A DNA stretch of 64,000 nt from Takakia lepidozioides (taxonomy: Eukaryota > Plantae > Bryophyta), in contig CM060732.1 in assembly GCA_030704615.1 (NCBI GenBank), forward strand, positions 36,456,001-36,520,000, in the 5' to 3' direction. The translations under genes were made by a program, and so were the position numbers. Of the stretch, positions 24,109 through 36,542 are shown in pieces (the stretch's first letter is position 1; each line of letters begins with the position of its first letter). The notes beneath the pieces were generated by a model. It saw only the letters and a program-made list of their open reading frames with translations. It searched no databases and was not told the origin of the DNA.

Positions 24109-27100
24109 TCAGGTGTCACCAAAGCTTTTCAGTCCTTTCAGAATCTTCTTTTGACTTGCCGATTTCTTTGGAATATGCTTCAACCCTGTGGGACACAGAT
24201 GGTTCACAATACAGAATTCACACTTCGGCCGAATAGGTTTGCAAATCTGCAAACAGAACAACAAAACGATGTTGTCAGAGCTGAGTAGAACACTCCAAGT
24301 AATTGGTGTGAGGATTTCATGATGGGTTGCAAAACAGCAAGACGTGGTCAGAGCCTGGTTGTGATAAAGGGAAGCTGAAGCACACAGCAAGACTCAGCAG
24401 CCTCAAAACAAAAACCTTTGCTGGGTATTACCCCTTCCATCCAAAAGAGTTTCTTGTGCTGGTTTATGGCACACCAGCCAAGCCTCCCATCATCTGGAAG
24501 ATGCACTGATGAGGCAATAACCGCTGGCATGAGGGGTATCCAAAATTGGACGCTAATATAGATATCGACAAGCACAGATCGTTACAGGTAGCAGGCTAGG
24601 AACCTGTTGGCCAAACCCCACAAATAGGAAGCTGACGTCAGGCCACAGATTTTGCGGCAACCATGATTCTAATGCCCGCCGTGTTTTCTCGGGTGTGGCA
24701 TCTTCAGGCACCCATCCCAATCGACAGCAGACTCGCCTGACATTCGTGTCCACAATCAAGCCTTCCTCCCCCCTGCAATTGGGAAAAAGCACCTGTTACA
24801 ATATGTGCAAATCAATCGCCCACACTCTGGCTTGCTAACCTGAACCCAAGCGCTTGTAAGGGCATCGCAGCAATGTCCCTGGCATCAAAGTTGTCCAGTT
24901 CGATAGGGACCTCATTTTGGTAGGGCATTCCAGTGCTGTAGAGCAAATAGGTAGACAGCGTCGGAGCATCACTTCGCAAGCATTTAATTTCTATTACTAT
25001 CTAACTGCCATACTTCCTAATCAACTTTGGGATCAATGAACTTCTATGGGTGCACCTTGAAACATGGAGTAGACTGTAGTGCAGCAAGACTCACCTGCCA
25101 AACGCAACCCATAGCACTAGAAGAGCAACTTTTGGCCCCACACCGGGCAGCTTCATCTGCATCTCAAACTCATTCAACTTAGTGGATCTCTCAACAATTG
25201 AAGCATATGGAACCTGCAGCATTGATCTTGGTGTAAAGAGAAGACGAGAAACAGCTCCCACAACATTCCCTTACCTCTGGGAACATAGAGGGGAAAATAC
25301 AGAGAAGAAATCAAGAGGACCAGGCGGACCTACAAGGTCATTCAGTGTGCATGGGACTGATCCATTGTTTGGTGGACTGGAGAGTATCTTCGCAATGGCC
25401 TTCAAATATTTTGCTTTTTGCCTGGAAACTGCCACATCACTAATTTAGAAAGAGCCAACAGCCACACTGTCTGTTCGAAGGTAAGTCATACTACCGGTGT
25501 CAGGCCCCTGACAAAGGTAGTTTCTGTCCCTTTGTGTTCCGCTCAAACTGGGAGCGGGGTCAATGGCCACAAGGCTATGGCAAACAACGTCTTATGAGTA
25601 CATTCTATCCACATTTCTATTAGAGGACAAGAAATCGTGAAGGACTGTAAAGAAAGAGAAAGTACTGGTTTAAGATGTTGTACTAAGACAAGTAAACAAA
25701 AATGATTAAGAAGTGATGGCTGAACAAACCGATAAAATCCGACCGGATACAAGAGATCCACCAGCGTATCTACAGCAACATCATCACTAGCAACGTGGGT
25801 AACAGAGAGGCCCCCTGGCATTGCACGCAGCCTGTGCATGGCAGCAGCCGTGATAGCATCGCGAGTTTGGGAGCTGATCATGGCCGCCACCAGAGCTTGA
25901 AACCTTTGCGTCTCCTTGTCTGCACTTTCATCCAATAGCTGCAATCCACGACAGTCTTTCAGAGTTGTCCCTTGTAGATGCCAGTTGTTCATGTATCTGA
26001 GGTCAAGAATGTTAAGACATGACCTGTTCTGCCCTTGGGCAGCCTGATGTTGTCACAAGGTTTTCAAAAGAGATGGGAGGCCATAGACACAAATTATTCT
26101 CCCATTCCATGTTGCAGGTTAGTAAATACTTCCACATTAATCATTGTCACAGTACTATGTGAGCGAGTGTTACGTTCTTTGACAATGAAAAGCAGACTGA
26201 TTGCACGTATCAGACCTGAGGTGTACCAAGAAGATCGACAGGAGCATCCTGCCTTGAGCGCATTGATCTGCCATCACAACAACACACAACTAGTAAAGCT
26301 GTGGAACCCGTGAAGTGGGAGCTGTGCATATGCGAGCCTGGAAGAACAGGAATCCAGCAGCCATCAGATTTTACAAGGACATGATCTACCCTGGCCATAA
26401 AGCAAATGCTCACCCAAAGTAACCATCAACCTGAAACCCGATGGCAATTCACATATCATCAAAGGCACAAACAGAGGGCCTTGTCACTGCAACATGTTGA
26501 AAGATATAAAGAAAGCAGCCAGCATCCTTCACCTGTAATTGGCATACCAGAGGGGAAAAACCCACCAGAATTCTGTACAGGTGTCCACAAGCAAACCTCA
26601 AGGTTGTGGCAGAGGGTCTTTCCTCTGCTCCAGTTATAACAGGCAGACAGGCAATTGCTAGAAAATTGTCCAGCCAGTGTGAATTCCACTCTCACCTTAT
26701 TCGATCCACAATTGCTTGCCAATGTGTGGGTTCCTTAATGACATCAACCTTTCCACCACCCTTAGATGGTGATCGCTCAGCCCCCTTTCCCTTTGAAGCT
26801 ACTGACTCAACCTTCACACTTTGTCTTGTCAGCATCAGACCTGCAAAGTTTTTAGAGAAAACATTAAGAAGGGAAGGATAAGAGAAGGGGAGGGAGTTAT
26901 AGACTTTTATGTACCAGGGAGACAGAGCTGGATTCTTCATCAGATCAAAGGCCTTTTCCATGACACATACCAAAACTCAATGATGGGGTGTATCAATGCC
27001 TTGTGACCAAAGTCTACACCTTAATAGTGGATAAGCCATAGTTCTGGTGATATTGTAGCCATAATGTTGGCTTCGGTAAACCAAAATAATAAAACACTTG

Positions 27101-28532
27101 ACGAACCTTCAAACATCCCTTCAAACCTCATATCTTCAGTGTATGGCCCTTCTGGCCTACACATAATGGCAGACCATAAATACAACAAGAGAGACCCTCA
27201 TTTCGAGTCGAGCTTTAACAGTCTCTCCACAGTTCCACCAGCATATTCATCACAACTTGTTGGTTTTTGTCAGTACCCACCAGTGTCCTCTATCTCCGTC
27301 TCTGCCTCCGTCTCTATTTTGATAGCTCTCTTGGCTGTCTCGGCGCCTCTGAGAGAGTCAGAACATTTCTTCACCGATAACACTTTCCTCTTCTGCAACA
27401 TAGGCATATGTGGGAGCATAAGAAAAGTTTGTGGTTAGAACTTGTAATCTGCAGGTAGTGCCAGACCTCAGGCTTCTGACCAGGTGTTGCTCTATCAGCA
27501 ATTGTTACAGACGCATGCAGAAACATTGAAAGTCTAGTGGGTTAGGACTGGAGTTCACCCTAGCCCATCCTTCTGGAAAAAGATTTTACTTACAAACTCT
27601 GGTCAAATGCCGTCAATGAGAACTCTGTATCGAACACACTTGTTCCTCATCTCAATGAACAATTCCATGGAGCTCTTGGTGCAGTCAGGCTAACAGACTT
27701 TATGGTTTCCATGTTCAATGAAAACTAAGGAAGCTCTCAATTACCCGTGGTTCCAACAAGCTTAATTTGGCTTGGGAAGACAGTGCGAACCAATAAAAGG
27801 GGTTAGTTCGTGAGTTCACTGCTAGCTAATTAGGCTAGGTCCCCAGTTGTCATGCCAAAATCCCTTTTGCCCCATCAAAGTATGTGTATGTCCTGGCCTA
27901 AGGTCAGACCTTGGTCTCACATGGAACTATAAAATGTGAAAGTATGGCTAAAAACCCAATGGCTCTCCATAAACCCTGGCTAAACCCTCTCTGGTGATGT
28001 TCACAAACCCTAGCACATTCTGAAACCACCATATAGTATGGAAAAGAACCTAACTTGGACAGCATCCCACCTTGCCTTTTCTGATAGGTGATCTGATAGC
28101 CTCCGTGTGCAAAAGCCCTTTTTCAATGTCATCACTACAATCAACAGGTTCCGTCTTTGGGAGCTTGCAAGGAGCAAGCACTCCTCTCTCTTTGATGATA
28201 CCCTGTTCCTTCTTAACTTCAACGCTAGCACAGCTCTGTGGGTCCTGTTGTCGGCCATGGAATTATAATTTCATGTCACTTGAAGAATTGGGATGGACCA
28301 AAAAGCATTGAAATTGAATAGCAGAACTTCGAGTCCTGCTCTCCCGAATCGTTCTTTATCTTTTGTGAGCTCACTCTAACGTTAACCGCAACCGGAGCAA
28401 AGTTTAATTCAAAGAATAGCAACTTGCCTGAGTCGCAGCCGGAATTTGGGACCTGGCCTTCGCTTCGGAGACGGAGAGGGAAGTAGCAGTGGGTGATGAG
28501 AAAGCGAAGGATCCAAAGATATTGGACTCCAT
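24109..28532 (-). CDS. NTH1: Endonuclease III-like (NTH) DNA glycosylase/AP lyase
   Basis: Multi-exon gene with SSQTRD, PVGFYR, HhH LPGVGPKVA (catalytic Lys), LIVDTNV (catalytic Asp) and 4Fe-4S motif CKPIRPKCEFCIVNHLC. The first exon (28532-28453, Ser/Ala/Thr-rich, transit-peptide-like) is less certain. Confidence 0.9.
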
Positions 28533-28892
28533 AGCCTGACCTCCTTGCCAGACTCATACACCACTCCTATGGCCTCCTCGCAGCCATGCCATCAAAATCG
28601 GACAATAAAAAACCCACACCCATCCCTCCTTTCCACATTCACTGAATCACTCCCTCTCTTCTTTGCTCACGACTCAGGACTCTCGGATTGCATGCAAATC
28701 TCCATAGAAAACCCTAATGCATACCTCAAACTATGTAATCAGAGGAGAGACGAGCGTATATACACCTAGTACTTAGAGAGGTGTATATACATCATTTGGT
28801 ACCTAGACTTACTAGGCTTATTATTATTATTTTAAGCCATTAAAGCTTTATTTGAATTACTGAAGGGAAAGCCTTCTGGGCAAGCCTTCGGT

Positions 28893-29585
28893 GCAGCTCT
28901 TCCTCACAGGAGTCTGTCGAACCTGATAGGGAAGGCAGTTAAGAGGAAAATTAGAATGGAGTGCTGAAGGAAATCTGCGGTCACTCAGGTACAAGTTGCA
29001 GCCTCCAATTCTTTGGTTCTGTCCAGTGATCGTTTCTGCAGTATCCTGATCTCGATTTGGGGTACTTAATTTCTTTGCTGGGTAAGATATTCTGCATTGT
29101 TTGCATATTTGAAGGGCTATATAAAGCATGTTGGTGCTTGCATGGTTGAATACACAAAACGAAGCAGCTCTAGACATCATCAGGAAATGGAATCAACAAC
29201 CCATCACAAATTTTCTAAGGGCCAAACCCCTGAACAACAAGTCGGCCAACTTAGAAATTCATATACTGATCTAAGTCGGCCAACATTGAAGTCCATATAC
29301 TAATCTCAAATTACCACACATTTTCTCAAACGAATGACAGACCTTTAACTGTCAGCACCTGGAAATGATCAGACATGATTTACAAAGCATAAAGAGCTGC
29401 TCCTAATGGAAAAGAACAGCGCAGAGCAAGGCAAACAAACAACACATCACGTGTCTCCTAACCTCTACAGAACAGGGACAAGAATATCGACTTGCATGTT
29501 GGCAATACACAAGAATCAATAAAACGAATACCAACAAGCCCACCAACACTTGCACATCTATGCTTGCCAGGAATTCAAGGTCAAT
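28893..29585 (+). repeat. Copy A of a direct segmental duplication (partner 36543-37151)
   Basis: Collinear from 'gcagctcttcctcaca' to 'gccaggaattcaaggtcaat'. Copy A has an extra ~95 bp after 'aagtcggccaac'. Confidence 0.92.
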
Positions 29586-30825
29586 GTCCGAATTCTCTAC
29601 AACGTTTGGAGAGAATGATAGAGAAATAGTTACAGAGACAAAGATGCGAAATCTTCGATAAAGAGCTTGTCCAGTTTCCGTTTATGCTGCCGAATTTCGA
29701 CAACTTGCGTGTGACCTCGACTGGAATGAAAAAAGCCTCATTAGTCAGTTTCGATGTGGCCTAAAAGAGGATGTAAAAGATTTGTTGCTGACAAAGTCAA
29801 ACGTGAGTACACTGAACGAATTCGTCACCCAAGTCATTGTATGCGATGATCGTTTGTTCGAAAGACGTCAAGAGAAGCGATCTGGATGGTTGACGACGCA
29901 CCATGCCGCTGCTACTACGGCACCCAACACAACGATCCATCAGACATCCGGTAATGATCCTATGTAAATTGATGTTGTCCGATTCAAGTCATTGACGCCA
30001 CAAGAAAAACAAAGATGACGCTCGAATGGATTATGCCTTTATTGCGGAAAAGATGATCACATAGCATTAAACTACCCCAACAAGAGAAGATTCAAAGCTC
30101 AGGGCACAACTCAAGTGTTCGATACGAGGAGGTCGAAAAACGAAGATGTCCAGTCATAGTAGGGACCATGCGGCTAGACACCCCAAATTCCTCAAAAAAA
30201 AAAAATCTCTTTCTGCCTCCAGACCCTGTACCTTGTTTCTCAGTTCCAGTAAATATCAGGATGCAAAATCGATATATCTCCGTAAAAGCACTCTTGGACT
30301 CTGCTTCAACGTGTTTTATTGACAAAGACTTTGTGAAGCAACACAATTTAACGCTCGTAAAAAAAAAATTTATCGGCCCTTGTTGAAGTCATCGATGGAC
30401 GACCGTTAGCATCAGGAAATATTGACCATAAAACTCGACCCCTTGAAGTGAAGCTTAAAAATCAAGCATCACATATTGTTTTCAATGTCATCCAGTTTCC
30501 TACGAATCTTGTGATCATTGGACTTCTCTGGTTTGTATTTCATAATCCTGACGTCGACTGTCAATTACGAAAAATTTTGGCAAGACAAAAATGCAAAAGT
30601 ACCAAAGGTATTCAACCCTTGTTTCTTGGAGCTAGAGCCTTCATGAGAGCTACGAAGAAAGACACGACATTTGCACTTTATGTGACTCCGATCAAAACCA
30701 TAATAGACCAAGGTACTTCGACATTACCCACTCAATATCAAGATTTCAAGGATGTCTTCGAGAAGAAAAATACAGACATGTTGCCAGAACATCGACCTTA
30801 TGATTTTGCAATTGAGTTGCAAGAA
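29586..30825 (+). mobile_element. Ty3/gypsy chromovirus (Tcn1-like) gag-protease fragment, no LTR
   Basis: Gag YAAEFRQLACDLDWNEKSLISQFRCGLKEDVKD, degenerate knuckle GLCLYCGKDDH, protease ALLDS(G)AS, and pre-RT LPEHRPYDFAIEL, where it is truncated. Stops and frameshifts throughout. Confidence 0.85.
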
Positions 30826-31833
30826 TTGCACAAGGGCCGAAAGGATAAAGACTGCCAGTTGATAAAGGTTGTGGTGCCACCGGTGGAGGTTAATACCCAT
30901 GGTGATCCTATCGGTGAGTATTGGGATGTCATGAAGAAGGCCGCGTTTGAGCTCGCATCAAGGTGGTTTGCTTGGCACATTGATTGGCCTCAACATCATG
31001 GAATTCTCGACGGGCCTTTGTGAAAGAGATAGAGCGACATTATAAAGGCAATTGGAGTGATGCAAGGATGATGGAGTTGGTGGGACGGAACTTGAAGGAC
31101 AAAAGATATCGTGCCCGGGAGACCATTCGGAAGGCATTGAAGATAGGCACTGAAGATGGGAGTGCATGCAGCCCAAACAACCGCATGGAATTACATAGGT
31201 TTGCAAATAACTTAATCATTTCACCTTCCATTTCTTGCATGTGTAATGAGAGGGATTCAAGGAGATCACTTATATGTGGGAATTCACTGATTTTGGGGGG
31301 TGGGGGTGCATAGGATTCATGAGATGCTCTTATTGCTGAAGAGCTTGATGTTGCAAAGACGCAAAGCTTTGAGAAAGCACGCTCCGCAACAACAGTATGC
31401 CTTGAGAAGCATGACTCCACACACAAGTGGGGCCCCGGCGGAGCTAAGTCCTTCGTCACCCGATTTGTAAGTGATCGTGCTTCCGACCTATGCATTTTGT
31501 TATGTCTTCTTTATAGCTCCGTTATGGTGATAAACTAATTCTGATTTATGCCTTGTGTAGGTCCGCAAGTTTGCAATGAGACCATCTTCAGTAGAGTACG
31601 GGTACGCCAAGGAGCATGGTTGGCATGGGTTCATGAATACCTTGACCTACGTATCGGGGAGTGCAATAGAGGACTTTAGTATTGATGAGGTGGGGGAGGA
31701 CATGGGATTAGATCATAGCTCTGTGGGAGCGGTAGATGGTTCAGGTGCTGAGGCGCATGTTCGGCGTGGCCATGGCACCTCGGTGTCATCAGCCTCATCG
31801 AGTAGAGGGGATGAGTCCAAGGATACGGCCTAG
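30826..31833 (+). pseudogene. CACTA (En/Spm) TnpA/Ptta-like gene fragment
   Basis: VNTHGDPIG...IDW, WDALI, HKWGPGGAKSFVTRF pattern typical of Transposase_24-type proteins. GT-AG intron ~31467-31560. Frameshift near 31003. Confidence 0.5.
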
Positions 31834-31993
31834 TCCCCCAAGTAGTGAGAGTCACAATGTATTTCAGGGATTCAGTATGAACCGGCCTTGAGCAAAACTT
31901 TTCAGCTCCTTGCTTAAATACATTTGATCTTTCATTTATTTCATTTTGCGCCGCCTCACCCTCAATTCATGGTTGTTAATGGTAATGCTTTAA

Positions 31994-34900
31994 CCCCTAA
32001 AGGACGAGCTATTTTTTGGTGGGCCCACTAAAACAAGGTGCATACCCTTATGGACGAGGGTGTAACTTCTTACCCCCAATCATCCATGGGGATGAACCTT
32101 ATACTTATGTGCATACCGTACCTGCCTACGCTGTCCGATGATAATTAAATGCAAAAACAGACTGCCGGAAAAATTTAAAATAAAACCTTCCCAAGAAGGA
32201 ATGTCAAGAAATTCAAACCCAAGTCCTGCCCCCACAATAAACACTTGCCCATTTGGCATCCAGCAGCACCTAAACATCAGCATATTAAGTGGAAGCCCTC
32301 ACGTGTGCCCGTCCCAAAAACAACCACAACGCATTTGTGAGTTAGTGAGGATGCACGAGGTGAGTAGCAGGCTTCCACACTTCTATCGAGGTCAAATACA
32401 CTTGAATCTAAGCACATAGAATGCCAAAGAAAGCAGGGAAGCAAGACAAACAGAAAAAGAACATTTTTTACTGTTTGGGGGATGGTCTCCATCTCTCCAC
32501 AAGCCCAACCGTGCAGGGAGGTCTCCGCCAACACCACATCACTGCTACTTTAACCAAAGCAAAGTCTTGCCAAGCACAAGAAAAAAAAGCTTTGTCTCAT
32601 AAGGTAGGGTTTATAAAGGGAAGGAGAGAGAGACTTTCTTGTTCTACCAAGACGCCGCCATTCATCAAAGATCCAGAGGAGGGCTGCTAGGGAAACTTCA
32701 CAAGCAAGCAGGTGGTACCTCCGCCATTACTACTGCAGCAAAAAAATAGACAAATGAGACAGTGAATCTTCCCTCATCTCTAAGCCACCGCCATCGCCTT
32801 AAAGAGCCTACAGAGGCGGCGCTCACAAGAGCCTTAATCACTCCAGGGATTGGCAGCTCATGATATCTGTAGCACGAGCACCATCGTCACCTCAAAGCCG
32901 CCATCGCGCGCACTCTCGCAGCGCAAAAAAAAAAACATTAGGGTTGCGCAGGGCTTTTACCCTGTCCGGCTCATCATTCATCCTTCTTAAGATGAAAAAC
33001 ATCCGCCAGCCCATACGCCCGACGGACGTTGTCCGTTTCTCATTCGCGGAAGATGAAAAACATTGTGTGTTCATCATGTCTCGAACTTGACGGATGCAGT
33101 CCGTCTTTCATCTAGGTTAGATGAAAAACATCAAGTTTTTTTAAAAAAATTATTCATTTATACTTGTCTTGTCCCGTATTTAGGTCCTGCCAGATGAAGT
33201 CTTTTTTTCATCCAGGTTGGATTGAAAATCGATAATGACGGGAGTTTTGCAATCAGTATATTCCGGGCTGATGTCCGGATGAAGCAAAACCTCACAGGTA
33301 TTAATGAAGAAATGTCTCACTAGGGAAAAAAATGATGTATTCTGGATGAAAAACATCTAAATTCCCTGCAACCCAATTTTTCAAATTTTTCAAGGATGGA
33401 AGTTGGGACAACAATTCCATAAACCCAGTTTCCAGAGGGAAAGAGAGGGAGAGAGAGATAGGGAGAGGGAGAGAGGGTGCATGAAAAAACAAAAAAGAAG
33501 GTGGGGTGGGGGGGTGTGACTGGCAGCAGCTGCTCAGTCAGTCCCCCCCCCCCCCACTTATTTATTTTTTGGTCCTCCTCTGGCTCTCTCTCCCTCTCCC
33601 TCTCTCACTTTGTCTTCTTCCACTCCCCACAAAAAAAAACAAAGCAAAGAGGGACAGAGGGGGCAGAAGAGAGGGAAGATATACATGTCATGTCAAGACA
33701 TGGACAAGACCACTAAGGTCATTGTCATTGAAAGACAAAGCAGCCCTTTACAGGGCACCATCTAACAACCACTTCCATGTTTACCATCTCATTTGAATAT
33801 CCCATTACTTTTCAGGGTATCTGAAAAAACAGGGTGGGAGGGTGGGATTCTTGGTCAATCATATTATGAAAGCACCATAGTTTGACATACAACGATCACC
33901 ACCATACTTGCCGATTGTAACATCATTCAAAAACCAGATTGCAGGTCTGGAGATAAATCTCGAGAGCCAAGCACATAGTACTTTAAATTGCAATTGAAAC
34001 AACAAGCCATACATATCTTAAGCATTTGCCTGTTGACATAATGATTCCTGATTTTTTGTTGACATGGGTTCAAGCCTTACATAATCCAGTTCTTGAGCCA
34101 TTCATCTTCCTAAAAAGACATCATGTGTTGGCTTGAAACTGATCTATCAGTGCCAAGACACATGCAAGATTCATAAAGTAGAAACAGGGCTGAGTTTTTT
34201 CAGGCATATACAGGTCTGGATTGGTATTCCAGGGCCTCATAAACAGCTCTGTCAGGGTAAAAAATAAATAACTCAGAATTCCAGGTCAATCATACCATGA
34301 AAGCACCATGGTTTGATAAAAAATTCACCCATATACTTGCAGATTGTACCTTCATTTCAGAAACCAGATTGCTGGTCTGGAGATAATCTCCAGAACCAAG
34401 CCCAATACCATTGTACTAGCCACATATACATGCAACAATAGTGTTTTTTTTTTAGTATTTATCGTAATACTGCAGAAATTAAAAAAAAGGCTGACGGACC
34501 CCTTCTGTAAGACAAATTAATTAATCCGGCAAGGTCATGACGAATATCATAGGCAAAGTACGGTATCTACTAGATCCATGTCCTCTCAAAAAAATAGGCA
34601 AATTGACCCTTGCATTCGGGAGATTATAACTAATATGCCCCAATTTGTAAATATATTCAAGAATTGCATGGAAAAAATGGTTTGACCACAAAATTGAAGT
34701 ATCAAGTTGAATCTTTCTAGACAAAGGCCCTCATAATCTGATTATATGGCACCTAAACTACTGCCTCCCAAAGAATCAGACCAAAATTCCAAAAATTCAG
34801 ATAGGCTGCTTTGAATGTGAAATCTGGGGATAAATTATCTTGTTTTGGCTTCTTTCCCAAGTACGCCCAGGAGGTGACATTTATTTTCCAATTCCTCTGA

Positions 34901-35237
34901 TAAGTAAGTGCACAGTAACATTTCATGGTGCTTTGTCCAAATTTTTTGGCATTATCATAAATTTTCCGCCCTAGATCTTGAAGATTGCCCATTTGGCTGC
35001 CACATAAGCAGGTCAACGATGCTCTAACACTGGATTTCTTGAAACCCTCGCATTTTGCAAAATTCTAGGGAGCAGAGCTTTTATGATTTTTTGGCGTTGT
35101 AAATTCCCACATGTGCTCCTCTCTGACATCTACAATTCATCTTCAAGGTTCACTTCCATCCACTATCATCCATGGGAACTGGAGCGTGGCAAGTAATTTG
35201 ACGCGACCCCGATTCGGGTCGCGTCGTCCTTTAGGGG
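31994..35237. mobile_element. Non-autonomous piggyBac-like element (TTAA TSD, CCC...GGG termini)
   Basis: TTAA (31990-31993) + CCCCTAAAGGACGA ... TCGTCCTTTAGGGG + TTAA (35238-35241): perfect 14-bp TIR. Subterminal TIR-like copy at 32045 and hairpin at 35200-35225. No transposase ORF. Confidence 0.78.
33853..34401 (+). repeat. ~120-bp internal direct repeat pair (33853-33972 and 34284-34401)
   Basis: Both copies read ggtcaatcata..atgaaagcaccat..tttga...atacttgc.gattgta...aaaccagattgc.ggtctggagata...ccaagc. Confidence 0.85.
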
Positions 35238-35364
35238 TTAAACATTATGTCTCAGCTAGCTAAATCAATTTGAATGAAGCAATGGCTGAATTATCCCAAC
35301 ACAAAAATAAAACCAAAAAAAAAAACAAATTTACAATCATCAATGCATGCAATGCAAAACTGCA

Positions 35365-35660
35365 TAGGGCGTTGCAAACGAATTGGCGACGCCCTACTGT
35401 GCTCTGTGACGCCCGGGGGTCGCTACTGCCCTGCCCACGATGTCACAAGCCCCTAGCGACTCCCGGGCGTCCCATTCCCACGGCCTCATACAACCCTTGC
35501 GACGCGCGGGGGGTCGCTATGACCCTCTCGCGAAGGCCCCGGAACTTGGGGTGTCCTGGCGTCGCATACCCAACGGCGTCCACGTGGCGTTTAATGTTTT
35601 TTGGTTTTTGTTTTCACCCATCGCTTGTTGAGTCCGGGACGTCCGTGCGCGACGACGCTG
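35365..35660. repeat. GC-rich inverted GCGAC/GTCGC motif cluster, CACTA-subterminal-like
   Basis: tagggcgt...acgcccta; gacgcccgggggtcgcta...tagcgactcccgggcgtc; further gcgacg/gtcgc copies. No CACTA terminus seen. Confidence 0.5.
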
Positions 35661-36020
35661 GTTGGGGGCAAGCAGAGGTCCCACCCTAGGCTGGAGACCA
35701 ATCATCCTTGGTCTACAGGTGACGCCTTCCTTGTGCCCCCAGTTTGGAGACCAAGGAATATGTTAACCTTACACCGAGATTATGCCCGGTTGAAGCGCAT
35801 GGCTTTGGTAGCATCATCTCGTGAAATAAAAAAGACCCAGAGAAACCCCTCACCATAGCATGACAGAAGTGATGTTTGAGCCTTCCATGAGCACCAAAGT
35901 GCTCAATAATCCAACTTCTGGCCCAGTCTCTGTCCTCGACTCTCCCTGGGAAATTTCCATGTTCAGCAACCATCTGAGATTGGGATTTCACCGGGTTCAT
36001 GTCGAGAGAGAGGATTTCCT
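35660..36020 (-). pseudogene. Possible L1 LINE ORF1 (DUF4283-like) remnant
   Basis: Across a frameshift: RSWIIEHFG...AMVRGF-(W)VFFISRDDATKAM, a pattern resembling plant L1 ORF1. Heavily decayed. Confidence 0.3.
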
Positions 36021-36542
36021 AGGATTTAGAAACAGGGCAACAGATTCTTGCCAGAGAACTATCTCATTGCTAGAGGAGAGAGGGGGGTTGGGGGCAGAGG
36101 GGCCCACTCCAAGAATGCAGGAAGGGGTGTCCACTGGAGCGATTCTATGGGAAGGCCAACCCTTGGAACGAGAGAACGCTTACGGCGGGAAGATTCAGCT
36201 CGAGAGGCCATGATACTGAGACAACAAAAGAGAGACCCACACGGCGAGCCGAGCCGAGCTGCGAAAACACAGAGCGAGGACAGAGCAACAACAACAGAAA
36301 GAGTGGAGGAGGGAGTAGGGGAAGCGGAGGAGCTGACTCTTTCATGGGGGAGGGCTAGCTGGGGAAATCAAGGAATAATTCCAGGCCGACATTGGCTGAC
36401 GCGAGAGAACGTGCGAAGGGAAGCTCTGAGTGAGCTCTGGGAGACAAGCGCAAGGCGTCCGTGGGCAGTGAGAAATTAGAGATCAATGCCAAAGGAGGCG
36501 CGCATCATAGGCCTGCGTGGGGAGACTGCATCCTCTGCAGCA

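Noticed and set aside
28757-28820. Hairpin tatatacacct/aggtgtatata followed by CTAG, resembling a Helitron 3' end
   Set aside because: The stem is AT-rich, the spacing is atypical, and no 5' TC end or Rep/Hel sequence is identifiable.
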